This document shows, in pieces, positions 1 to 12,500 of a stretch of 64,000 nt of DNA. The stretch's first letter is position 1. Every line of letters begins with the position of its first letter. A model generated the notes under the pieces. The model worked only from the letters and a program-made list of their open reading frames with translations, was not told the origin of the DNA and made no database searches. The position numbers were made by a program, and so were the translations under genes. This DNA comes from Balanoglossus misakiensis (Eukaryota; Animalia; Hemichordata), in the NCBI GenBank assembly GCA_040954595.2, contig CM082576.2, positions 7,009,129-7,073,128 of the forward strand, given 5' to 3'.

Positions 1-507
1 CCTTATACTAAAAGAATTTTACGACTTTGGTGCACAGATGATGCCATTGTATTACCGGTATACATTTTTATAAAGATCCCCAAAATATTTTTTATAGCAG
101 TCTCTGTTTCAATCTCCATGAGTAGTCAATAGATTTCATGTCCTGCTTCCCAGAAGAAAACGAAAATGGGATTCACGCCGTTGTTTCTGTTGTATTTCGT
201 GATTATGAAAGTTGAAGCTGATTATATTATATCAGGCTTCGCAGGTGGTCTTCCTGTAGCTCAGTGAGGTTGTAATCTATCCTGTAAATTATGAATTGAA
301 TGTGACTGTCTTTGCATGTCGTGTTGTTGTGGTTTTTCCCCACATCATTTGATACCCGCTGTTCGATGAAAAGGTGTAAAATAAAACAGGATATAAAAAG
401 TACTCACAAATATAAACAGCGGACTTTAGGATAGGATTATGGGTTGGTGTGAAAAATCAGTGACGGCATCGTGTTATTTGATATATTTTCCTTCCTTCTC
501 TTGATAG

Positions 508-2584
508 CATGTTTGCTGTGAACATCCATCCTGTGACTGATGTGCAGTTCATCCTGAAAGCATTGACGTTCCGGGAAGGGAAGCAGCTCAGAACGCTCGC
601 TGCAAGATTATTAAACAAGGTATTTCTCACTGGGGCCCAAGAACAAGAAAGTCAGAATTTCTGAGATCACCCTGACCATTCAAAATTTTGCAGGAGCCTT
701 CTAGACTGGATGAATGACGTTTATTCTTTCATCCAGACATAGTCCTAGGGAGACCTGTAGATTGGACCCTGTCCATCAAGCTGTCTTTTCAATTGTCTGT
801 CTGTCTGTCCATTGGTCAACCTGCCTGTCCGTGTTTTTTTCATTTTTGTCACAAAATGGGTGTGTAGTATACAGAGGTTGCAGTGGACTGACTCAGATGT
901 GGCCAGCTATTCTGCTCACGTTCTTTGCCTCTTTCCCTTTCACTCTGTCTTTGGTGCAGGTATCAACAAAAAAAGAAGAACCATTCAGTGCTTGGAATTC
1001 ATGTCAACAACATGCCGTTACCATGGGAATGAGCTTTGTTCAGAGAGGTATAGACTGACTCTCCACTGTTCCCTTTATGTTGAAGTTTCTGATTTACTGA
1101 AAGTGTATTTAGTTACTTTCTTTTCTGGGTATTCAGTCTTAACACAGGATAGATACATGTACATTACAAGTTGGTTCATATGGTTGGTTGTATTTTTCAG
1201 CTATTACCCTCCATTTCTATAGGTCATATATGATTAATACTTCACCAGTAAGTGGATGTCGATGATTAATACCATTTATTAAAATATCAGTTTTGTGATA
1301 ATATTAATCCATCACCTTTCTACATACTTTACAGTTGTTCTTCAACAGTTTATGCTGGCTGTGGAAAAATGCCAATACAAGGGAGACAAGGAAATTTTAA
1401 GGAAGGTGAGAAAAACATGTAGAATCCATTTTTGAGCATCATATTAATAATGTTGCTATGGTTATGTTCATTATTATTTTGCAGTAGTCATATTTAGTAA
1501 GATATTTATTGTCTTCTAAAATATAAAAAAAAAATAATAAATTGACATTTTTCAAAACAGAATAAAGTTGACAAAAGTCGTAGCTAATGGAGCTTTAGAA
1601 ACCCACTTCACTGTGAGTGTTTCCATAGGAAAGTCTCTGACATGTAAAGTTGTTTTTTTTCGACTTCAGTTCTGCAGGTTGTATGCCCTCCATTGTCTCC
1701 ACACAGACAGAGGTTGGTTCCTAGAGCAAGGCTTTATTTCACCGTCTCACACAAAAGAAATACGTGACATGGTAAGTCAACAAGAAATGATAAATGGCTG
1801 CAGCCAGACATATCCATCAAAAATTTAAAATGCAACATTACCTAAACAAAGGCCTGTGTATACCGGTAACATATATTATGATGATCTTCCATTGTTTTAA
1901 CAATCTGTTTCCTATTTTATTTTGGGGTTTCCTTCCTGTGATTATATTAAACATGGCCCTGTGTCCTCTCAAGTTTCGAATGAGTCCTCATCACACCATT
2001 TATACTTTGACATGTGACCCAAATTTCTGTTTCTTATGTCGCGACAAACTAATTGACCTTTCTTACCAAATATCAGTGTCGGCCAATCCATCCTGACCAA
2101 TGAAAACAGCCAAAAACACATACAGATGCGTCAACAATACAATGCCATAAAAGAGTTATATTCAACTACTGTAGTATTTGCATTATTCAAATTTGAATGA
2201 CACTTTTGTCCTGATTGCATGTACCAGGCTTTGATATTTTCAATGCAGCTCTGTGTCTTGCAGTCACTATACAGATCAGTATTTCTGCATATCAACATCC
2301 TACAATAAACATTGTCTTTCTTAGATTTAAATCTAAATATAATTCAGTTGATGTGGTTTTGTTTCCTCCAGTATTTCAAGATGTGTTTGGAGTCCAAGCA
2401 AGTTGCCCTGCAAGTCGTGGAAGCATTCAGACTGCCAAGGAACTGTGTGCACGCTCCCATCGCCGGAGTCCCCAGTGAAATCGCGCCATGGGCATACTAC
2501 CCAGAGAATGGTGGGCTGCCACTCTCGCAAACCAACAGCAAAGCGGAGAGTGCAAAGTCGCAGGCCATCCAGTCCAGACTATAA
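508..2584 (+). CDS. ACOXL: Acyl-CoA oxidase-like protein, last five coding exons (5' part outside the window)
   Basis: Exons 508-619, 960-1047, 1335-1405, 1670-1771 and 2372-2584 join in phase at GT-AG sites. They give ...LRTLAARLLNK/VSTKKEEPFSAWNSCQQHAV.../FCRLYALHCLHTDRGWFLEQGF.../...VEAFRLPRNCVHAPIAGVPSEIAPWAYYP...SRL*. The HAPIAG...WAxYP tail resembles vertebrate ACOXL, and C-terminal SRL is a PTS1 peroxisomal signal. Confidence 0.85.
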
Positions 2585-3808
2585 ATGCAGCCTCTGATGG
2601 ATTATGATGAACAAATTGTTCGTGGATTGTGCAATTCTTAAATTTTTATTTCAACCCTTCACCTCGATCACCCCACCCTATCCCCCCCCCCCCAATTCAT
2701 AGTGAAATGGTCAAGCTATCCCACCTAAAAGAATTGGGTTGTACCAAGATGTGGCAGCCCATGGGTGAAACGAGAAAAGTTGCCATGTTATGAACTTATG
2801 GCTTTACTTTGTTTTTGTTTTCTGTTTCGCAAGTTAGTCATGTTCTGGGTTGTACCAAAACTAAATGCCACATCACAGGTCAAAGGTCACAATCACAACC
2901 CACAGGTTTCAGTATTAGCAGAGCAGTAGATAAACTCCTGTCAAATAAAAACAATAACCAAGGTAACAAATTCCACTTTAAACACTTCAAAGTGTTAATA
3001 AGTAATTTGCTCATCCACTAATCCAAGAACCAGTGATTGAGAATATTTGTTGCCATGGATTGTAAGTATCTGTACTGTGTACAGTTTAGATTTACACTTT
3101 TTGTTTTCACTTCAAATTTTAATTCATGTAATTTAGTAAACAGTTTACTTTATTTTTAATCCCACCAGGAATATATATCTTAGGGATTACAATCTGTAGC
3201 TTTGTTACAATGTTTGCCTCACAATTTAGTTGGCCATTTGGAATTTTCAAATGTAAATTACTGTTAATTAAAATGTAATGTAAGATATTGTCTTTTTAAA
3301 GTATTGAGACTTGCTGGTCGGCCCTGATTCTTATGCTTCAAATGATGAGAGTAATTTTTAGCTGAATATCCTTCAGCAAAAGTACAAGATATCCATTTCT
3401 GATGAATGAACTACCTCGTATACGGAGACCTTGCTTTCAAGGCCGTGTAGGTGAGAGGTCATCACATATCCTGATCAGCCAGTGAAGCAAATTTTAAGCT
3501 GAACAAAGTGGTTCTTTCTGTATCCCAGTTATGGCAAATTGCTATTCAGGATAATACCCAAGGTGGAAATTAATAATTATTGTATTGGCGGAGCTTTCCA
3601 CTTCAGAGACAAAATTATCACCGACTTATGAAGCACAGGTAACTTACTGTATCTAGAGAAATCATATTTCTAGACAGTCATCTCACCACTTCATGTTGTA
3701 ACTGAATATTCAGTTGTGTTTAATTTTCAGAAATTTCTATGGGAATACAAATGTCTACACATTGTCTTTTATTACTGAATTAATTATGGTTATGGACATT
3801 GGTATCTG

Positions 3809-3814
3809 AATAAA
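3809..3814 (+). other. Probable poly(A) signal of ACOXL
   Basis: AATAAA about 1.2 kb after the stop, followed by T/GT-rich sequence. Confidence 0.45.
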
Positions 3815-3912
3815 AAAATATATTTTTATTGTGAAGACATTTTTATGGTGGTTTCATGTTCATATTAAACAGATGTACATTTTATATGAAGTTTGCTCAT
3901 ATCAATAAAATA

Positions 3913-3985
3913 TTGATTGATTGATTGTTTGTTTGTTTGTTTGTTTGATTGATTGATTGACTGACTGATTGATTGATTGATTGAT
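3913..3985. repeat. Compound tetranucleotide microsatellite (GATT/GTTT/GACT)n
   Basis: Tandem units are directly visible. Confidence 0.9.
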
Positions 3986-4539
3986 CGATCTATTGGTACT
4001 GGTCTGTGGGCCCCAGATCTTGTTGAACTGTTAACTGTACAACTGCCATCTGGGATTGGCTTGGCAAGTGTCGTGTCTTCCGTTGTATGGGTATTATTTT
4101 TGGTATTTTTCAACCTGTGCCTACGGCGTCTTGTTCTTTTCATCTTCTCTCGATTGCGTGCACGCCCATACATGTACCAAGGCAACGCCGACACTGTTTT
4201 GGCGGGAAACGGGGCTCATTGTGATATTATCATTAATAGCTTCGTCACGTGGGTTTGTTTCCAATGTGCTTCGTGTGTTTATAAAAACGCGGACTGCTGA
4301 TGAATATGTATAAGGTCTTTTCACAACTTTCACTGAACTGAGAGCTGTATCTCATACGTGTACTCTAACACACAAGTGTGTTTTAAGTCTATCAGTTTTA
4401 CAGTGTCTGAATCACAACACGTGAGTTAAAAATTGGTCATGTTTTTTTCGTGAAAAGGGACGCAATCATCATGGTAACAGTAATCACGAACCGGTCGATG
4501 TCAAACTGAATATAGTGGCAAGACTGACTCATCGGATGA

Positions 4540-4710
4540 CTGAGTGAAGACGGAGGAAACAGGCAAGCGGCGAGACTGTCTCGATTTTCAGTTTCCTTCC
4601 CGGATCAACACTGTCACTGTACAAACTGGATAGGTGCTAGGTGCTGTTCATAGGATTCATCGTTCTTGACTGTTCAACTGACGTCAAAAGTGCCAAAGCC
4701 GTCCTTGTAG
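4540..4710 (+). other. Putative non-coding first exon 1a of the collagenous membrane protein gene (5' boundary approximate)
   Basis: CpG-rich segment ending at a strong donor TAG|GTAAGT (4711), with a CRE TGACGTCA at 4679-4686. Confidence 0.4.
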
Positions 4711-5109
4711 GTAAGTGAAATCGGAGGGAAATACAATATACATCTGAGAAATTTTGTATCACGATCTGATGATCACGTTTGCATGTGAATTAATACAGAG
4801 CTGCACAGTCAAACACACCATGTTCCGTTTCATTGATGTCGCGTCGCTACGTAACATTGTTACTAAACACTACACGCCCTTTTTTCTCGTTCAAGTCCGT
4901 TGTCTCGAAACATGTCAAGTGTAGCGTGATCGGTAAATGACGATCGAACGCATTATTTTGACACTGTCTTGGCAAACAAGTAGAGTCATAACAACGCCGA
5001 TGGTTGGCACGTTTCCAACACGATTCCGCGTGTAGCCTCCCTAAGTATTCCTCGTATGCAGAGTACATATCGTAAATTTAGTGTATCGACGTATCTGTGA
5101 CCCCGAGCC

Positions 5110-5348
5110 CCACTATTGGCGGGGGCCAATGGGCTTCTCTCTGGAGAGGGTATTTATATCGATTGTTCTAGCCTCCCTTTTATTCACTGCGGGCTACTGT
5201 ACTGGTCGAGGTACCGTCGTCGTTCAACCTTGAACACAGCAAAAGTGGTGCGAAGCAGAGAGAAAGTGCGAGGAGTGGACAGTCGATTTTCTCAACTTTT
5301 TTCCTCACGTCTGTCACTTGTAAAGTTTGTTTTGAAATCTACAACAAT
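5110..5348 (+). promoter_or_regulatory. CCAAT/GC-box/TATA promoter and putative first exon 1b
   Basis: ATTGG 5115-5119, GGCGGGGG, CCAAT 5126-5130, TATTTATA 5151-5158, then donor AAT|GTAAGT at 5349. Confidence 0.55.
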
Positions 5349-6549
5349 GTAAGTTTTTTTTCCCTGACGTTATTTCTGTTCATTTCACTTTTAACATGTC
5401 AAACCACAGTTTTAAGCGTTTTTTTTCTTCGCCCAAAAGTCTGTGACCTATTTTTGTAATGGCTTTCTTTCGCAGAGCATATTTTCGTGCGCTATACTTT
5501 GCTGGCAAACTTCGGGTCGATGTTGTAAAACTTCTCCATCAGCGCGCGGCGGGTATGATCAGATCAAGGTGGAAGTACCCAGCGATTTACTGTACGCTAT
5601 CACTTTGATTTTTGATAGCAAAGTTTGACGTCTCATCATTGGTCGTGTCAAAACTTCGTGTACGCATATGCTGTGGTCGAAGTTGGACCTACGTGTACTT
5701 GTTTAGTGCTTTTTAATGGGCCAATTAATGTATCAATTAACCATTTGATCTTTTCGCTAACATCATGCAACTTTTCACAAAGTGTTATGCGTTGGCCTCC
5801 TTGACTTTGGTCTTATATGCCGTCAGTCTGCGTCACATATTTGTGCATGCCAGGATAGTACAACATGTTTGTGTCATTTCGAACGCGTCGTTGTGCCAGT
5901 GTGTGTCCCAGTATGGGATTGCATGTATTTCATTTTACTGTAACATTCAGACCAATTGACAATGAGAAGGCTTTCTTCAAAGGGCACAACCGGCTAACTA
6001 AGTTGTTTGTTGACATTAGACTGTTGTCTTGTCAAATGACCACAGCCAACATTGCAAGAAGGTGATAATCTTCATCAAAACATGTAAACCACGTTTGCAC
6101 AGCGTGAAGCAAGGAAAATTATACCTCCCTGAAGAATTCATAAAATTTACAGAATGGATGGGCAAAATTGCAATTTTGGTGTAGCCGTAATACTCTAGAT
6201 AGTTTTTTAAAGGTTACATGCTTATCAGCATAGAAAACAATGCAAACAAAGAAAAAAAGCAACTTGATTATCATATCCATTCAAGCTTAAACATACCTGA
6301 AATGTTTTGGATACTCGACAATGAAGAATGGTGTCATTTAAATACTTTAAAAGTAAGCACTGCTAACACCCATCACTATCGCTGCATCGGAACCCCTCGT
6401 GTGTACCCCAGTAATGAGTAAAAAATTCTTGCATTCTAATGAAGAAATGTGATCATGCACTGAATTTGTATGTGTTTGTAAATATCCCATTGCAGGGCTG
6501 GCTGTGTTTCACTGTACGGCTGTCACAACCAACCTGAGAAGTTGGCCCA

Positions 6550-9500
6550 ATGTTGCGGCTAATGATGGCCGGACGTTCCTATGCCAACGTGCCTACTTCT
6601 GATGCGACAGACAAACACGCCAACAGTCATATTCCCTTGCAGAATATTCCGCAGCACACAGCCTCCACAAACATGAACCACCAAGGTGTTCCAAACGGGT
6701 CGGTTCCGGTAAGCCAAGGTGAGTTTGTGTTTGGAGTCCTCCAGTGGTGCCTGAAGTTGCCACTCCCTAGTCCTACCGGTAATAATGTTTATTTTTCTTT
6801 CATAATTTCATTTTAATCCTGTCTACTGTCTAGCCATCCTGCATTTTGAACTCTGGTGTCGACAGAATTCATAAATGATGAGAGTTAGGGTTTGTAATGT
6901 CATTTTTGGTTTTATATGAACAAACCGTAATTTTTGAAAATAATTGAGCAGTATCATTTTATCTTCAATAAGTATTTTTATGACTTCCGAGGAAAGAAAC
7001 TTTTGTTCCTGTTGGTCACAAAGGCATCTGACTTAACAGAAAAAATTATGTGATCCCTTCGAATGGGTCTCGTCAGTTGAAATGACAGCAAAGTGACACT
7101 TGAGCCATCCGACCTTCGAAAAATGAAGGTGAAGTCATGTCAAGGAAAAAAGAGTGATTTTGAAAAGATTTAAAGGGAAGAAAATCAACAGAGGGAGAAA
7201 AAAATCAGAAATACAGAACCATTCGCTAAACGTCAATTCCTCTGTTAAGATAGAGGAAGTTGTCGACATTGTAAAAGTTAGAAACTCAGAACTGTTCACT
7301 AAATGTCACTTTGTCTGTACATGTATAGATTGTGGAAGTTGTTGACTTAGAGCATAGATGAGAGCAGCAAAATCTGATTGTATCTGCCATAACCTGATTC
7401 GGTGGTTGACGAAATTAGACGCAGGTACTACTGCTTTCTTGCATCGTCAGCAGTGAGTTGAAACTGAATGATTTATGATCATCATGATTGCGCTGTTACA
7501 CAGACAATAGTTGCCATGGTGTTGTTAGGAGTTACAGAATGCCAGGCATGGCATGCTGAGGAGATAGCAGCAATGAAGGCAGAGAGATTCTTTGATTGTG
7601 TTAAAGAACAGATTTTGTGAAATTTTAAGTTTTCCAAAGATCGGCAAGCAGCGATGCAGCAGGCATTGCGCCAGTGAGTTTGGCAGTGATGTCGTTTTCC
7701 TGTGATATTGTGTTTCAAAATGAAACATAAAAGTCCCGATTTAGTAAATGTGAAAGTCTTTAAAATTTACTACCCAACGCAGCATATTTTTAATCTAAAC
7801 AATTGGATTGTATTAGTTGTCAGGTTACATGTCGGCCATTGTTGTGGAGTTAAATTTTACAGTAAAGGGTCAAGTTTTGGAAACCATATGTCCAGAATTA
7901 ACTGCTTAGTTACCGTTGTGGTGGAGATATTGTTGAAAATAACATAATTCGTCAGAACTGTCCATTGTGTTTTGATAGACCATCATAATAAACACAAGGG
8001 TATTGGAACAAGGCCAAACTTCTTGTGTGAGCAATGTGATATCATGGATGGATTTCAAATCGGTCTTGGGTGCCTTGCAATCGCCCCAGCACTCGATGGC
8101 GTGATTCAGATTTTGTCCAACCAACAGTGTGCGAATGATACTTTTCTGTTTTGTGAAACTAACAGTGCGTCCAATTGAAGGTGTGGATGTGAAAATCCCA
8201 GACCCCTCCCACCATCACTCCCACACTCTGTGAAATCTGACCATCGTTTCCAGCGAAACCCTTCAAGTGTCTAATACCGAACAACCGCTGCGAGGCCGCC
8301 TTCCATTCGAATTTAAGTGGAAGTAATGCAACTGTATACTGCCTCTACCCTATCCCAATTCCTGGAAGACGTCGATTCGGAAAAAAAAATTCCATGATGT
8401 CAGAGTTTTCGGATCCATTCAGGGTTTTTTTTTCCTCTGGTGAGAGGCGGGAATAGTTGATGGAATGTGTGTCAGCTGTGTCTTCACACCCTGACTCGGG
8501 AAAAAATTCAAATGATCAGATCTCCATGGCGCCAGACTGGAAATCTTAATACCGTCAATCCAAGGAAAGAAAATAATCTGCTATATCTTTGAGACTAATA
8601 GTTTTGTTTGTAATTTTAATAATAATCAGTTGCAACATACCAGGTAGATTATTTTTGATATTCAATCTTGTGCTGCTAATCTGATTAGGAAAATTTTAGA
8701 AGTTCCTTGGTAGTCTGTTCTGAAACTTCTATTTTGTTTTTCCACAGATTCTATAATGACCACTTTTGGCCCCGAGACACCACCCAGGAATCCAACATCA
8801 AATCCAACGTACAATCCCGGTTTCCAGTCGCAAGGAATAGCCTTGGAGAGGATTCCGCAGTCCCCGGATTACACGAAGGACAAAGAAAATCCCTACGAGG
8901 AACTCCCCAATAACTATGAACAGGCTGTACAGCCAAGAGAGTACGTTCAGTACCATGGCATTGATGGCGAGGGACCGAAATTGTACGGTGCACCGTACCC
9001 GCCAGCCGATAACCAACAGTTTTTGAGGCTGGACTCCACACTCTCGTCAACGTCCACGGACCAAATTGTCAAAGACAGGCTGACGGAGAGAGCACCCAGG
9101 TAGGTGAATGTATAGTTTGCCAGAGAGTGGGCTAATCAATAAATGCAACCTGGGACCATGTGCAGGAGAACCGGCATCAACGCCTACGTTTACACGTGAT
9201 GATGTTTTGCTGTGAGAGAAGGTGTTGGGTTTCGTGTAGCGTGATCTTATTCATGCAGATAATAGCCACGGCATTTCCTGTGTGCGACGCTCTAGGACTG
9301 AAATCTCGGCCACGTGGAGAATGAATTTAGGTCGCATGTGTTGCTTGCACCTCACGAAAAGTCGGGTATTTATAAAATCAGTCATTTGAACTGTCTGTTT
9401 TCTCAGATCCGTGTTGTTCCCAGGGGGAAATGTTCTTAAAAGATAATGTAGGAGTTGTTTTTTTCAACGATTTTAGGGAACCGTGAAGTAGGCGTAGAAG

Positions 9501-12500
9501 TTGGTATCACTTTTTCCCATAGAAAGCAGACAGAAATGTTTCACTCGTGTCGAAATATGAAGGGATCTCTGAAAGGTGAAATTACGCACTTTTTAAAGAT
9601 GTCACAGGGCATTGTGTGGCCAGTCACGACACTTCATTATCCAGTTGCTTCCTCTGAGTTAGTCAGCGTTGCAACAAAACGAAAACACTGTGTGTTATTC
9701 GCAGTAAATCAAGGTGCTATTGTTCACTGCAGTCAGGAGATGCTATAGTAAACACATTGATAAACAGGTGATATATTGCTTGGCTGAATAGAACGTCCTA
9801 AATTGTGCAGACAGGATCAACTGTTCAGCCCAAGTCAGTCATTTATCACGCATGATGTTTTGTGGCAATGCATTCTCTTTTCAGAACTTCTTCATTCTCA
9901 CACTCTGGTATTTCTCAGGTGAAAATTCTCAAATGTCGAGGTTAATTATTTTCGTTTATCTGCCATGGAAAAAAACCCGGCCATGGACACAGTTTTCTGT
10001 TGTGTTTTTTTTTACGCTGTACATACAAATCAAAACCTTAGTGTATGTTCACAGAGCATAACGGAGGACCCTTCAGAAAAGTGCTTATTCAGTTTTCTGT
10101 TTCATTTGTCGAAATAGACATTGTAGACCATAATTTGAAGTTACAAAGCTTGAAAGTTAAAGCGAAAGGAATAGTTAGGTAGGTAAGTGTTTATCAAGCT
10201 ACTTTCAAGGTTACGTACTTGTTGAGCGGATGCCCAATCCACGAACCCTAACCTCGGTGGGGGGAAAACACCAGCGCTTGTCAAGACAATCAAAACAAAA
10301 AACACTATCTTAGATTACAATCATGAAGACCTCCAATCAGTGTCAACAATTCATTGATATGATTTGCGCAAATAAAAGTTTGTTAGTGACACCTGGATAT
10401 TACTGTTGTTGTAGCAAAATCAAACAACGGGCGTAACCATGTACTTGTGTCTGCTCAGTGACCCTTCACTTTTTGACATGTTTTGTACACCGCAATCCGG
10501 TAGCTGTTTACAATCATTAAAGGGGCAAAGTTGGTAATTTGTGACATTATTTTTGTTTTTTTCTTTCTATTGAGAAATCATTCATGGTGATCTGCTCCTT
10601 GAAACATGAAACACGCTCAGTTATCGGTAGTTACAGCCCTAATCTCAACCTACACATGAATGTAACATGTAAACTTCCGTCATTATTTTGGGTCAGTACC
10701 AAAAAATATATTGCTGAAGTATTCACATGTTTACATGTGTACAGGGTGCGAGTTCAAGAGTTGAGTTGTAACAACTGGTCATTGAGCATGATTCAGTGCG
10801 CAGAACAACACAAATAATCTCATCAAGATAACCAAAATAATTGTCAAAAGCTAGTAACTTTGTCCCTTTAATGATACGTTTGCCTTGTAAATACTTGTGT
10901 TCATATTTGGTGAGGATGTAAACTCAAATGGATAAGTAGCAATAAAACCTTAGGCTCTTCAAATGGGGTGCACAGTACCTGGTACGATACCTAGAAAAAA
11001 CTCTATACACTACGACACAGGATAGGATTAGGTTGCAGGTGTTATGAAATTGTTAAGGTGACCAGATTGATCCCTACTTGAAGATTTGAGCTATGTCAAA
11101 ACTTTTTTGTGTGCAGTTCCTTCTCCCCAATTGAGAATTGAATTGGGGGACCTCAAAAGTGCACTCTGTGAGTCCAAGGGCCAAGGTCATGGACACGATG
11201 GTGGTGTTTTCATTCTCTGTTTGGCCTTGAGTACCTTGTGTACTGTGAAAACATTACGGGATTATTAACATAACAATTCTTTGGTTGTCCAAGAACTTTT
11301 TTTTTGGCGCCAGCAGTGTTCCAAAGTTCACCTAAAACATGGCCACGTGCGGTTAGTGTTCAAAATGTCAAGGCTCTTGTTAGATAGGAATTTGCTGACA
11401 TATATTCAGTGCCACCTAGCCACATGTTTGAATTTCTGTGAATTGAGCATTTTCAGTTTGTTCACAAGATGCACCGGAAGTACGTGTCTGGTGATGTTTT
11501 GGTGTACAGTTCTCACCAGCAGTGATCGACAGGTGCCGATTACGTAGTCTGCAACCTACACTGTGCGGTGTTTTTGATGGATGTTTGTTTGATTTTTGTC
11601 ACTTATCCAATTGGCCAAAAAAATTTATACCTTTTACCTTGTTGCTGACTCCACATTCTTATCTTTGTTTGATTACCAAGACCTGAAGGCAACTACAAAA
11701 GTTTAAAGAACGCCTCAGTGATTTTCAAGGATTCAGCCAGCTGATTTGAAACAAAGTTTGGACTTGACTCTGATACAAGTCCTACCAGTATTTAACTCAT
11801 GGAAGTTGAGTGGGTGTTTTGCATAGTGTTTAGTGATCGTCAATTTGGTTTTCAAGTTACATGTGATACCAGGCCCACAGTTGGTCTAACAGTAGGGTCC
11901 TGGCCAACAGATAGGATTTTTGACTTGTAAACAACATTTTTATGTGTTTTCTGTTTTTGTTTGTGAGAGGTAATATATCAAATTTTGCAGTTACCCAATG
12001 TTTCCTAACGTTCTAAACTCACCCCATGATAAACATGATATATATTTCAATGCCAAATGTATGTCATACGTCTGTCAGAAGGGTCCAATTCACCAAAATA
12101 TTGAGTCACGCGTAGATCGATTCGTTCCTGGAAGCAGTGGTAAACATTGAAAGGTGACCCTATGCTGACGTACATGTAGTGTTTTTCTGATGAAAGGCGT
12201 GACGTACAAGTTGTGTATTAGTGCACTTATTTTCTCTAAAACCATTGTCTATCTAGTTCCTGTGATGGCTCCACTGTACACGTAATGGTTAACAAGCAAA
12301 CCCCCCAGGCTAAGTAATATAAGACTGTGAGTGGACTTGCTACAGTTGCTGAAATACAAAACAGTGAGTGAGTCACTGATCAGAAAAAACAACAACAGAT
12401 TCACTAAAATTTGACGTCACCATTTCCCTAAACAAAATTACGCAAATTTTGATGTACATATATTTTGGTTTGATTTTTACTTGGCACGTTTTTCGCATAC

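Noticed and set aside
255-275. GTAGCTCAGTG box-A-like motif (also at 56971) suggesting a tRNA or SINE
   Set aside because: No box B (GTTCGA) at the proper spacing and no cloverleaf.
3865-4333. Overlapping ORFs of 70-109 aa
   Set aside because: They are kept open by the microsatellite and have no recognisable protein features.
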